A stretch of 64,000 bases of DNA from Escherichia coli (GTDB lineage Bacteria > Pseudomonadota > Gammaproteobacteria > Enterobacterales > Enterobacteriaceae): NCBI RefSeq assembly GCF_044324785.1, contig NZ_CP172127.1. One strand, given 5' to 3'. Positions 1 through 12,582 of the stretch are shown piece after piece. Both the position numbers and the translations under genes were made by a program. Within the stretch, counting starts at the first letter, position 1. Every line of letters starts with the position of its first letter. Below the pieces are notes generated by a model that did not search any database, was not told where the DNA came from, and was given only the letters and a program-made list of their open reading frames with translations.

Positions 1-496
1 ACGAGGCAATCCCGGCAGTGCCCAGAATAATCATCGTCATGAGCGGCCCGGACTCCAATGACATCAACACAAATGCCCCAGCTTCTTCTTTTGTGCCGTA
101 CTGCTGCATGATGGAAGCGTAAAGTCCGCCGTTGGTCATATCCATCGCCGCCACCAGCGCCAGCGTTGAAAGTCCGGCAAAGAATCCAACTTCAACACCA
201 TGTTCCGGAATAATGCGCGAGGCAATTGCCGCAACCACCCACGCGACGGCAATTTTTGTTACCACCAGCGTACCGGATTTACGCAATACCGTTCCCGTCG
301 CGCTTAATTTTATTGACGCCCCCATGCAAAAAAACCACACCGCCAGAATGGGCACCGTACCGGTAATCATCCCGTTGGTGAATGATCCAAAATATTTCCC
401 CGCCTCCGGCGAGAAGGTGTGGCACAGTGCGCCAAGGAATAGCGGGACGAGCATCATCCCCCCCGGGATTTTCTCAATCGAGCGTTTTATCTGCAT
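1..496 (-). CDS. kdgT: 2-keto-3-deoxygluconate permease, 3' end cut by window edge
   Basis: Reverse-strand translation from ATG at 496 reads [46 protein letters not shown]..., open to the window start; expected K-12 neighbour of sodA. Confidence 0.85.
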   Translation of the reverse strand, partial: MQIKRSIEKIPGGMMLVPLFLGALCHTFSPEAGKYFGSFTNGMITGTVPILAVWFFCMGASIKLSATGTVLRKSGTLVVTKIAVAWVVAAIASRIIPEHGVEVGFFAGLSTLALVAAMDMTNGGLYASIMQQYGTKEEAGAFVLMSLESGPLMTMIILGTAGIAS

Positions 497-755
497 TTCC
501 ATCACCTGTCGGCATATTTTTAAGGGCTGATGCGTAATTCCTCAATGGAGCATCAGTGTTGATGGAAACGAAGATAGACATTCATTTAATCAATAAAAGT
601 GATCAAAATCACATCAATTGAAACACTGTTTTATTTTTATCGGATCATTGTTTTTATTTTGAAATTGATCACAAAAAAACCACCGCCGTTGGCGATGGTT
701 CATTTTTTAAGCTGATATGCGGCGTAAACGCCTCATTGCAGCAGGCGGCAAATGA

Positions 756-1376
756 TTATTTTTTCGCCGCGAAACGTGCCGCTGCTTCGTCCCAGTTCAC
801 CACGTTCCAGAACTCTTTGATGTAGTCCGGACGGCGGTTCTGGAATTTCAGGTAGTAAGCATGTTCCCACACATCCAGGCCCAGAATCGGGAAGCCGGAA
901 GCGCCAGAAATAGCTTCACCCATCAGCGGGGAGTCCTGGTTAGCAGTAGAAACCACCGCCAGTTTATCGCCTTTCAGCACCAGCCATGCCCAGCCGGAAC
1001 CAAAGCGGGAAGCTGCCGCTTTCTCAAATTCTGCTTTGAAGTTATCAACGGAGCCGAAGTCACGTTCGATAGCCGCTTTCAGGTCACCCTGCAGGGTGGT
1101 GCCTTTTTTCAGACCTTTCCAGAACAGGCTGTGGTTAGCGTGACCGCCAGCGTTGTTGCGCAGTACGGTTTTCTTGTCTGCTGGCAGCTGGTCCAGTTTG
1201 GTGATCAGCTCTTCAACCGGCAGGTTGGCAAATTCTGGCAGGCTTTCCAGCGCCGCGTTGGCGTTGTTGACGTAGGTCTGATGGTGTTTGGTGTGGTGGA
1301 TTTCCATGGTCTGCTTATCGAAGTGCGGTTCCAGGGCATCGTAAGCATACGGCAGGGATGGCAGGGTATAGCTCAT
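756..1376 (-). CDS. sodA: Mn superoxide dismutase
   Basis: ORF 756..1382; product [32 protein letters not shown]... matches SodA; start set at second Met to give the 206-aa form. Confidence 0.95.
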   Translation of the reverse strand: MSYTLPSLPYAYDALEPHFDKQTMEIHHTKHHQTYVNNANAALESLPEFANLPVEELITKLDQLPADKKTVLRNNAGGHANHSLFWKGLKKGTTLQGDLKAAIERDFGSVDNFKAEFEKAAASRFGSGWAWLVLKGDKLAVVSTANQDSPLMGEAISGASGFPILGLDVWEHAYYLKFQNRRPDYIKEFWNVVNWDEAAARFAAKK

Positions 1377-1446
1377 ATTCATCTCCAGTATTGTCGGGCG
1401 GCCGATTGTTAATGCCGCGTAAGCAGTTGGTTCATTATAGTTAATT

Positions 1447-1472
1447 AAATGATATTGAAAATGATTATCAAT
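1447..1472 (-). promoter_or_regulatory. Fur-box-like AT-rich palindrome in sodA promoter region
   Basis: aaatgatattgaaaatgattatcaat lies about 70-95 bp upstream of the sodA start; resembles the Fur consensus (GATAATGATAATCATTATC). Confidence 0.45.
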
Positions 1473-1660
1473 GCCGTACTTTTCGTAAGGGTATGGTTTT
1501 GCAGGAAAATGCCCGAGATGTGAAGCAAATCACCCACTTAATGCCGTGATTGCCAGTAAATCGACAACGGCGGCAACAGGCGAAAGGTTAATCGACAGCA
1601 CGATTTTTACACTCATCTCGTCGGAGATGTGACGCGACGAAAAATGATGAGGATAAGAAG

Positions 1661-2695
1661 ATGAGTAACGCGATTACGATGGGGATATTTTGGCATTTGA
1701 TCGGCGCGGCCAGTGCAGCCTGTTTTTACGCTCCGTTCAAAAAAGTAAAAAAATGGTCATGGGAAACCATGTGGTCAGTCGGTGGGATTGTTTCGTGGAT
1801 TATTCTGCCGTGGGCCATCAGCGCCCTGTTACTGCCGAATTTCTGGGCGTATTACAGCTCGTTTAGTCTCTCTACGCTGCTGCCTGTTTTTCTGTTCGGC
1901 GCTATGTGGGGGATCGGTAATATCAACTACGGCCTGACCATGCGTTATCTCGGCATGTCGATGGGAATTGGCATCGCCATTGGCATTACGTTGATTGTCG
2001 GTACGCTGATGACGCCAATTATCAACGGCAATTTCGATGTTCTGATTAATACCGAAGGCGGACGCATGACGTTGCTCGGCGTTCTGGTGGCGCTGATTGG
2101 CGTAGGGATTGTAACTCGCGCCGGGCAGTTGAAAGAGCGCAAGATGGGCATTAAAGCCGAAGAGTTCAACCTGAAAAAAGGGCTGGTGCTGGCGGTGATG
2201 TGCGGCATTTTCTCTGCCGGGATGTCCTTTGCGATGAACGCCGCAAAACCGATGCATGAAGCCGCTGCTGCACTGGGCGTCGATCCACTGTATGTCGCTC
2301 TGCCAAGCTATGTTGTCATCATGGGCGGCGGCGCGATCATCAACCTCGGTTTCTGCTTCATTCGTCTGGCAAAAGTGAAGGATTTGTCGCTAAAAGCCGA
2401 CTTCTCGCTGGCAAAACCGCTGATCATTCACAACGTGTTACTCTCGGCACTGGGCGGGTTGATGTGGTATCTGCAATTCTTTTTCTATGCCTGGGGCCAC
2501 GCCCGCATTCCGGCGCAGTATGACTACATCAGTTGGATGCTGCATATGAGTTTCTATGTATTGTGCGGCGGTATCGTCGGGCTGGTGCTGAAAGAGTGGA
2601 ACAATGCAGGACGCCGTCCGGTAACGGTGTTGAGCCTCGGTTGTGTGGTGATTATTGTTGCCGCCAACATCGTCGGCATGGGCATGGCGAATTAA
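1661..2695 (+). CDS. rhaT: L-rhamnose-proton symporter
   Basis: 344-aa ORF, multi-TM hydrophobic protein, position and length match RhaT. Confidence 0.93.
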   Translation: MSNAITMGIFWHLIGAASAACFYAPFKKVKKWSWETMWSVGGIVSWIILPWAISALLLPNFWAYYSSFSLSTLLPVFLFGAMWGIGNINYGLTMRYLGMSMGIGIAIGITLIVGTLMTPIINGNFDVLINTEGGRMTLLGVLVALIGVGIVTRAGQLKERKMGIKAEEFNLKKGLVLAVMCGIFSAGMSFAMNAAKPMHEAAAALGVDPLYVALPSYVVIMGGGAIINLGFCFIRLAKVKDLSLKADFSLAKPLIIHNVLLSALGGLMWYLQFFFYAWGHARIPAQYDYISWMLHMSFYVLCGGIVGLVLKEWNNAGRRPVTVLSLGCVVIIVAANIVGMGMAN

Positions 2696-3540
2696 TCTTT
2701 CTGCGAATTGAGATGACGCCACTGGCTGGGCGTCATCCCGGTTTCCCGGGTAAACACCACCGAAAAATAGTTACTATCTTCAAAGCCACATTCGGTTGAA
2801 ATATCACTGATTAACAGGCGGCTATGCTGGAGAAGATATTGCGCATGACACACTCTGACCTGCCGCAGATATTGATTGATGGTCATGCCAGTCTGCTGGC
2901 GAAATTGCTGACGCAAAACGCGCTCACTGCACGATGCCTCATCACAAAATTTATCCAGCGCAAAGGGACTTTTCAGGCTGGCCGCCAGCCGGGTAATCAG
3001 CTTATCCAGCAATGTTTCGCTGGATGTTGGCGGCAACGAATCACTGGTGTAACGATGGCGATTCAGCAACATCACCAACTGCCCGAACAGCAACTCTGCC
3101 ATTTCGTTAGCAAACGGCACATGCTGACTACTTTCATGCTCAAGCTGACCGATAACCTGCCGCGCCTGCGCCATCCCAACGCTACCTAAGCGCCAGTGTG
3201 GTTGCCCTGCGCTGGCGCTAAATCCCGGAATCGCCCCCTGCCAGTCAAGATTCAGCTTCAGCCGCTCCGGGCAATAAATAATATTCTGCAAAACCAGATC
3301 GTTAACGGAAGCGTAGGAGTGTTTATCGTCAGCATGAATGTAAAAGAGATCGCCACGGGTAATGCGATAAGGGCGATCGTTGAGTACATGCAGACCATTA
3401 CCGCGCCAGACAATTACCAGCTCACAAAAATCATGTGTATGTTCGGCAAAGACATCTTGCGGATAACGGTCAGCCACAGCGACTGCCTGCTGATCGCTGG
3501 CAAAAAAATCATCTTTGAGAAGTTTTAACTGATGCGCCAC
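2692..3540 (-). CDS. rhaR: AraC-family transcriptional activator RhaR
   Basis: ORF 2692..3651; C-terminal AraC HTH; start placed at the GTG (plus-strand cac at 3538..3540) giving [13 protein letters not shown]..., the 282-aa form; longer in-frame starts are possible. Confidence 0.85.
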   Translation of the reverse strand: MAHQLKLLKDDFFASDQQAVAVADRYPQDVFAEHTHDFCELVIVWRGNGLHVLNDRPYRITRGDLFYIHADDKHSYASVNDLVLQNIIYCPERLKLNLDWQGAIPGFSASAGQPHWRLGSVGMAQARQVIGQLEHESSQHVPFANEMAELLFGQLVMLLNRHRYTSDSLPPTSSETLLDKLITRLAASLKSPFALDKFCDEASCSERVLRQQFRQQTGMTINQYLRQVRVCHAQYLLQHSRLLISDISTECGFEDSNYFSVVFTRETGMTPSQWRHLNSQKD

Positions 3541-3613
3541 CGTGGCTACCTCGGCCAGAGAACGAAGTTGATTATTCGCAATATGGCGTACAAATACGTT
3601 GAGAAGATTCGCG

Positions 3614-4450
3614 TTATTGCAGAAAGCCATCCCGTCCCTGGCGAATATCACGCGGTGACCAGTTAAACTCTCGGCGAAAAAGCGTCGAAAAGTGGTTACT
3701 GTCGCTAAATCCGCAGCGATAGGCGATGTCAGTAACGCTGGCTTCGCTGTGGCGTAGTAGATGTCGGGCTTTCATCAGTCGCAGGCGGTTCAGGTAACGC
3801 TGAGGCGTCAGTCCCGTTTTCTGCTTAAGCTGCCGATGTAGCGTACGCAGCGAAAGAGAAAATTGATCCGCCACGGCATCCCAATTTACCTCATCGGCAA
3901 AATGGTCCTCCAGCCAGGCCAGAAGCAAGTTGAGACGTGACGCGCTGTTTTCCAGGTTCTCCTGCAAACTGCTTTTACGCAGCAAGAGCAGTAATTGCAT
4001 AAATAAGATCTCGCGACTGGCGGTCGAGGGTAAATCATTTTCCTCTTCCTGCTGTTCCATCTGTGCAACCAGCTGTCGCACCTGCTGCAACACGCTGTGG
4101 TTAACGCGCCAGTGGGAAGGATACTGTCCGTCCTGCTCTTGTGGCAGCAACTGATTCAGCCCGGCGAGAAACTGAAATCGATCCGGCGAGCGATACAGCA
4201 CATTAGTCAGACACAGATTATCGGTATGTTCATACAGATGCCGATCATGATCGCGTACGAAACAGACCGTCCCACCGGTGATGGTATAGGGCTGCCCATT
4301 AAACACATGAATACCCGTGCCATGTTCGACAATCACAATTTCATGAAAATCATGATGATGTTCAGGAAAATCCGCCTGCGGGAGCCGGGGTTCTATCGCC
4401 ACGGACGCGTTACCAGACGGAAAAAAATCCACACTATGTAATACGGTCAT
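3614..4450 (-). CDS. rhaS: AraC-family transcriptional activator RhaS
   Basis: 278-aa [47 protein letters not shown]..., cupin plus AraC HTH; divergent from rhaB. Confidence 0.93.
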
Positions 4451-7464
<3,014 letters not shown>

Positions 7465-7469
7465 ACACT

Positions 7470-7680
7470 GCCGGATGCGGCGCGAGCGCCTTATTCGGCC
7501 TACGGGTCGAATGTCCATGCGGGCTGTCACCCTCACCCCGGCCCTCTCCCTGAAAGGGCGAGGGAGAAAAACATAGCCTCGTTCAGCAACGGAGCTGAGC
7601 ACCGCTCCGGACAGTCCCCTCGCCCCTACGGGGAGAGGGTTAGGGTGAGGGGAACAAGCCGCACCATGTCTAAACAAGGC
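7470..7680. repeat. Intergenic palindromic repeat cluster (REP/BIME-like) between rhaA and rhaD
   Basis: Imperfect long inverted repeat gtcaccctcaccccggccctctccc (7527..7550) versus ggggagagggttagggtgaggg (7630..7651), plus internal hairpin ctccctgaaagggcgagggag. Confidence 0.7.
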
Positions 7681-7705
7681 AACCTAATTTACAGGAACAC
7701 AGAAC

Positions 7706-8530
7706 ATGCAAAACATTACCCAGTCCTGGTTTGTCCAGGGAATGATCAAAGCCACCACCGACGCCTGGCTGAAAGGCTGGGACGAGCGCAATGGTGGTAA
7801 CCTGACGCTGCGCCTGGATGACGCCGATATCGCGCCTTATCACGGCAACTTTCATGCACAACCGCGCTATATTCCGCTCAGCCAGCCCATGCCTTTACTG
7901 GCAAATACACCGTTTATTGTCACCGGCTCCGGCAAATTCTTCCGCAACGTCCAGCTTGATCCTGCGGCTAACTTAGGCGTCGTAAAAGTCGACAGCGACG
8001 GCGCGGGCTACCACATTCTCTGGGGGCTAACTCACGAAGCCGTTCCAACCTCTGAACTTCCGGCGCACTTCCTCTCTCATTGCGAACGCATTAAAGCCAC
8101 CAACGGTAAAGATCGGGTGATCATGCACTGCCATGCCACCAACCTGATCGCCCTTACCTACGTACTGGAAAACGACACCGCGGTCTTCACTCGCCAACTG
8201 TGGGAAGGCAGCACCGAATGTCTGGTAGTGTTCCCGGATGGCGTCGGCATTTTGCCGTGGATGGTGCCCGGCACCGACGAAATCGGCCAGGCGACCGCAC
8301 AGGAAATGCAAAAACATTCGCTGGTGTTGTGGCCCTTCCACGGCGTCTTCGGCAGCGGTCCGACACTGGATGAAACATTCGGTTTAATCGACACCGCAGA
8401 AAAATCAGCACAAGTATTAGTGAAGGTTTATTCGATGGGCGGCATGAAACAGACCATCAGTCGTGAAGAGCTGATAGCGCTCGGCCAGCGTTTCGGCGTT
8501 ACACCACTCGCCAGTGCGCTGGCGCTGTAA
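7706..8530 (+). CDS. rhaD: Rhamnulose-1-phosphate aldolase
   Basis: 274-aa [40 protein letters not shown]..., class II aldolase. Confidence 0.95.
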   Translation: MQNITQSWFVQGMIKATTDAWLKGWDERNGGNLTLRLDDADIAPYHGNFHAQPRYIPLSQPMPLLANTPFIVTGSGKFFRNVQLDPAANLGVVKVDSDGAGYHILWGLTHEAVPTSELPAHFLSHCERIKATNGKDRVIMHCHATNLIALTYVLENDTAVFTRQLWEGSTECLVVFPDGVGILPWMVPGTDEIGQATAQEMQKHSLVLWPFHGVFGSGPTLDETFGLIDTAEKSAQVLVKVYSMGGMKQTISREELIALGQRFGVTPLASALAL

Positions 8531-8539
8531 GGAGCAAAC

Positions 8540-8854
8540 ATGATCCGCAAAGCCTTTGTCATGCAGGTTAACCCCGACGCCCACGAAGAGTATCAGCGTC
8601 GGCATAATCCAATCTGGCCGGAACTGGAAGCAGTGTTGAAATCTCACGGTGCGCATAACTACGCCATTTACCTCGACAAAGCGCGTAATCTGCTGTTTGC
8701 CACGGTAGAGATTGAATCTGAAGAACGGTGGAATGCGGTAGCCAGTACTGATGTTTGCCAACGTTGGTGGAAATATATGACCGACGTTATGCCAGCTAAC
8801 CCGGATAACAGCCCAGTCAGTAGCGAGCTGCAAGAAGTGTTTTACCTGCCTTAA
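8540..8854 (+). CDS. rhaM: L-rhamnose mutarotase
   Basis: 104-aa [49 protein letters not shown]..., immediately downstream of rhaD. Confidence 0.92.
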
Positions 8855-8894
8855 TGAGTTGCGGTGCCGGAAAATATCCAGCACCGCGCCTTCA

Positions 8895-10289
8895 TCAGAA
8901 GAAGTATTTAAAGCGAACGCGTGCGCCGTAACGGTCATCAGTATCATCACCGTGTTTTTTATCACCGTCGCTATCCAGAATGGAGTAATACGTCCCGAGG
9001 TAAATATTAAAGTTCTCCATATCCATCACATTAGCGAACTGATAAGACGCATGAATGGTGTGAATGGTGTACGTCCCTTCATCATCAATCCAGCAGTCGT
9101 TATCACAAACTACACCGCTGAATTCATCAATCTTATTGTGCGCGTAGATATAACCCAGCTCGAAACGTTTCCACAGCGCGTTAATCCCGGCAGTGAAATC
9201 TTTCTCATTATTAGCATCTAAATAGGCGGTATTAAGATTAACCACGACACCATTTTCCGGATCCGTTTTTAGGCCATTCCAGGTCATGCTCATACCATAG
9301 CCGGTACGATCGGACTGATCGACAAAATTACCCTTGCTATCGGTATAACCATAAGCATTATTTACCACGTTCGCTTCCATCGCTGCGGAAACGGTAAATT
9401 CTTCCGTCGGCGACCAGGCAATTACCGGACGCAGATAAGCAACATTTTTCTGCTGCTCCATATCGCGTCCATGATAATTACCGTCATTATATAAAGATGT
9501 TCCGTCTTCAAGTAACGTGTTTAATTCAAAATACCAGTTATCGAGTTGTTTGCTGACGAGGAAATTACCGCCAGCGTTAGAGCGCCCGCGGCCCTCTTTC
9601 ATCATATAGATATAACCGCTGCCATCGTCATAAAGATCGTTCGCAGTATTACCGGAATGTTCAACAAAGGTATCCTGATTCAGCGGGAACATATCGTAGG
9701 CTTCAAAACGGCCTACTTTGACCTTCCAGTCGTTTTCTTTGCCAAAGAAGAATACCGCATCATCGATATTTACTGAACCGTGCATGTCCCCCAGCGGTTG
9801 TGCGGAGAACCCGGCGAAATAACCATTATCCAGTTTTCGCATACCATCAAAACCTAACAGAATACGACCATTGAGATTCCACTGTTCATTAGTGGGATCG
9901 CTATTCACATCAGCGTTGGTCATTGCCAGCAGGCCATGATTACTTTCTGCATCCATATTAAATTCTACGTCGCCGTAGATTTTTAAATCGCCATAACCTG
10001 AGAGCAAAAGATTAGGTGAGGTGGAATTTTTCTTTGCAGATTCCGCCGTTGCCTGTCCATTTACCGGCGTATTGCCCTGGGCAGCCTTAATTTCGCGGAT
10101 CTCAGCGGCTTGTTGTGTCTGCAGCTGTTTAACCTGGCTCTCTGCTTTTGCTGCCCGCATTTCTGCCGCTTCCAGGCGTTCTTCCAGCAATGCCATGCGT
10201 TGTTCCAGCGTTAAATGCTGTGTTTTTGCCATTCCGGTACTACATGCCAATAATAAACCGATGGCTAAAGATAATGTCGATTTTTTCAT
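8895..10289 (-). CDS. Outer-membrane carbohydrate-type porin with N-terminal coiled-coil extension (ScrY/LamB-like)
   Basis: 464-aa ORF; signal peptide MKKSTLSLAIGLLLACSTGMA; about 60 residues of heptad-like helix (LEQRMALLEERLEAAEMRAAKAESQVKQLQ); aromatic/Gly-rich beta-strand-like body; C-terminal RFKYFF typical of OMPs; AT-rich upstream region 10290..10640. Confidence 0.7.
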   Translation of the reverse strand: MKKSTLSLAIGLLLACSTGMAKTQHLTLEQRMALLEERLEAAEMRAAKAESQVKQLQTQQAAEIREIKAAQGNTPVNGQATAESAKKNSTSPNLLLSGYGDLKIYGDVEFNMDAESNHGLLAMTNADVNSDPTNEQWNLNGRILLGFDGMRKLDNGYFAGFSAQPLGDMHGSVNIDDAVFFFGKENDWKVKVGRFEAYDMFPLNQDTFVEHSGNTANDLYDDGSGYIYMMKEGRGRSNAGGNFLVSKQLDNWYFELNTLLEDGTSLYNDGNYHGRDMEQQKNVAYLRPVIAWSPTEEFTVSAAMEANVVNNAYGYTDSKGNFVDQSDRTGYGMSMTWNGLKTDPENGVVVNLNTAYLDANNEKDFTAGINALWKRFELGYIYAHNKIDEFSGVVCDNDCWIDDEGTYTIHTIHASYQFANVMDMENFNIYLGTYYSILDSDGDKKHGDDTDDRYGARVRFKYFF

Positions 10290-10765
10290 TATTTACGTTC
10301 CCTGAAATAAAGGAGACCCTACGCTTTCCAAAAGGAATACATATATAGGGAAATATAAGGTGTGCACTTTCGAATTTTTAATCCAACTTCAGCAGACCGA
10401 TGGATAGTATCCCGCCATATAATATGAGTAAATCCGCTGATTTCCTGGAACGTGAGGAATATAACAATAGTGCCGTTTTTAACTAAATATCGTAAAAAAT
10501 ATTAGATATGATTCACGCTGACTCATAAGCCACAAATATAAATAACCTTGCTGCAAAACATGTGCGGCAGTTAAACATTCACAACATCATTAAATAATGA
10601 TTTTTTATTCACTGCATTTATTTTGTCCATCAATATGTGCCTTACACCGCAAAATTTATCCTTCACTCTGCCTTATATTGTCACGACTTCACGACATATC
10701 CGCGCTCATCACAAAACCGCCCCGCCGTTACAATTAACTATAATATTTTTTCATGGAGTCCAATA

Positions 10766-11276
10766 ATGGCAGCACTTACTGCAAGCTGTATTGACCTGAA
10801 TATTCAGGGCAATGGCACTTATTCCGTTCTGAAGCAGTTGGCGACAATGGCGTTACAAAACGGTTTTATCACCGACTCACACCAGTTCCTGCAAACTCTG
10901 CTGCTGCGCGAAAAAATGCACTCCACCGGTTTTGGTTCCGGCATCGCCGTGCCGCACGGTAAAAGCGCCTGCGTTAAACAACCGTTCGTGTTATTCGCCC
11001 GCAAAGCGCAGGCCATTGACTGGCAGGCCAGCGATGGCGAAATTGCTGGAGCGAACAGGAACGACGTTTTCGTGGATTTTTTATTACCCTCGCCCAACCG
11101 GTTGAGGTGAATAACGAAGTCGTTAACCATGTGCTGATCGCCTGTGCCGCCGCCGATGCGCGTCATGAGCTAAAAATATTTAGCTATCTGGCAAGCGTAT
11201 TGTGTCAGCATCCGGCAGAGGTTATTGCCGGGTTAACAGAATATGAGGCATTTATGGAGTTACTTCACAGGGGGTG
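10766..11276 (+). pseudogene. frvA: PTS EIIA (fructose-like) component FrvA, apparently frame-disrupted
   Basis: N-terminal EIIA-2 region MAALTASCIDLNIQGNG...GSGIAVPHGKSAC...WQASDGE runs to a stop at 11110; the expected C-terminal EIIA segment VNNEVVNHVLIACAAADARHELKIFSYLASVL... is in a different frame (stop 11276). No frvB/frvX/frvR follow. Confidence 0.6.
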
Positions 11277-11280
11277 AACG

Positions 11281-11305
11281 GTGTCGGATGCGCCGCATCC
11301 GACAC
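11281..11305. other. Perfect 25-bp hairpin (REP-like) at frvA / yiiG junction
   Basis: gtgtcggatgcgccgcatccgacac is a perfect inverted repeat; no flanking T-run on the plus strand. Confidence 0.5.
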
Positions 11306-11332
11306 TGCATTTATCACCACAATCAAAAACGT

Positions 11333-12388
11333 TTAACGCAAGCTATTATAGTCATCGACCATTTCGTTGTACTCGCGTAACGCTCGCGGAAATGAGTCGT
11401 CGACCATCCAGCTTGTGTTTGCATCCTGAAGATGCTCTTTATCCCAGTCAGAGTACGGAACTTTATCTCTGACGCGGCGAACATATTTTTTAGCCTCGAG
11501 TTGATACTGGTCTGCCGAATTAATGAACGAGAAATTCATACCGCCTTTATCCGCTTCTTTGGCCTGCGCCACCAGCGTTTCCAGTTCAGAGACTTTCTTC
11601 ATTGCCGCATCAACATCAAACTTCTCTTGCGAAATCAGGTTATTAATTTGTTTCGCTGAAATCATGACTGCCAGAGAGTAGTAGTGGAATGTTTTCCCTT
11701 CTCTTTGTTCAATATTTTTCAGTTCCGCAAGCTGGCGCTTATCGTTAATTTCCTGAATCGCCGCATGATAAGATTCTGCTACAGGTTCAAAGGCTTCAAG
11801 ATTTTTTAAGAATGTCTGGTGCAGCGTTTTCCCTTTCGCAAACGCATCGTCTTTATAATTTTCCTGGGTGTAATATTTATCCATTTCGTTAATGGTATTA
11901 CCCAACGCCACGGCAGCATCAATATAACTCACCGCCACGCCATCAATAGGTTGCAGCGCAGGCGTTAACGCCACGACTCTTTTTATTCCTTTTTGACACT
12001 CAGAGAGATTGGATTCACTAATGCCATAGATGCCATAAACAAGGCTCTCTTTACCCGTTGGCCCCTGTTTAAAATCTTTCAGCCAGTCAGCGTAACGCGC
12101 CAGACTGTTCTGTACAGGGATCTGTAACTTGTTGTAGCACTTGATATAGACATCCATTTTTTCGTCGAAGACCGCTTGTTCATCGACCACCGGTTGCGCA
12201 GGCGTTTCAGGTTTAACTTCTGCTTTTGCAACGGGAGCTTCAGTAGGTTTCGCTTCAGGAGCTGGTGCGGCAGGTTGACTATTGGCAGGCGGGGGCGTTT
12301 CTGTTTCGGCTTTTTTATCATCACAACCCGTGAGACCGAGGGCCATGATGGCGACTATAATAGCGGAAGATAATAAATTCCTTTTCAT
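11333..12388 (-). CDS. yiiG: Lipoprotein YiiG (DUF3829 family)
   Basis: 351-aa ORF with lipoprotein signal MKRNLLSSAIIVAIMALGLTGC and Pro/Ala/Glu-rich linker. Confidence 0.85.
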   Translation of the reverse strand: MKRNLLSSAIIVAIMALGLTGCDDKKAETETPPPANSQPAAPAPEAKPTEAPVAKAEVKPETPAQPVVDEQAVFDEKMDVYIKCYNKLQIPVQNSLARYADWLKDFKQGPTGKESLVYGIYGISESNLSECQKGIKRVVALTPALQPIDGVAVSYIDAAVALGNTINEMDKYYTQENYKDDAFAKGKTLHQTFLKNLEAFEPVAESYHAAIQEINDKRQLAELKNIEQREGKTFHYYSLAVMISAKQINNLISQEKFDVDAAMKKVSELETLVAQAKEADKGGMNFSFINSADQYQLEAKKYVRRVRDKVPYSDWDKEHLQDANTSWMVDDSFPRALREYNEMVDDYNSLR

Positions 12389-12582
12389 TTAATTGCCTTA
12401 TAAATATATAGATAAGAGAGATAATATTTTAAATGAAAAAATGATCCGTCACTATACACATTTTGCTTATAAACAAACCGAAATCATTCACACCCCGAAT
12501 AATTCCTGCGACTTAAAATATAAATCGCAGGAAGCTATTTTAATTACCCGCTCTACCACTGGCGCAGGATATAAACTCTCAC

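Noticed and set aside
132-530. 132-aa plus-strand ORF at the window start
   Set aside because: It lies antisense to the kdgT coding sequence, whose N-terminus ([13 protein letters not shown]...) is read on the minus strand from 496; it is a shadow ORF.
861-1412. 183-aa plus-strand ORF
   Set aside because: Antisense to sodA; no recognisable motifs.
8417-8965. 182-aa minus-strand ORF spanning the rhaD end, rhaM and the porin 3' end
   Set aside because: Overlaps three well-supported genes on either strand; shadow ORF.
10637-10765. Upstream extension of the frvA ORF (MPYTAKF...)
   Set aside because: The conserved EIIA N-terminus begins at MAALTAS (10766); the extension lies in the AT-rich promoter region and is probably not translated.
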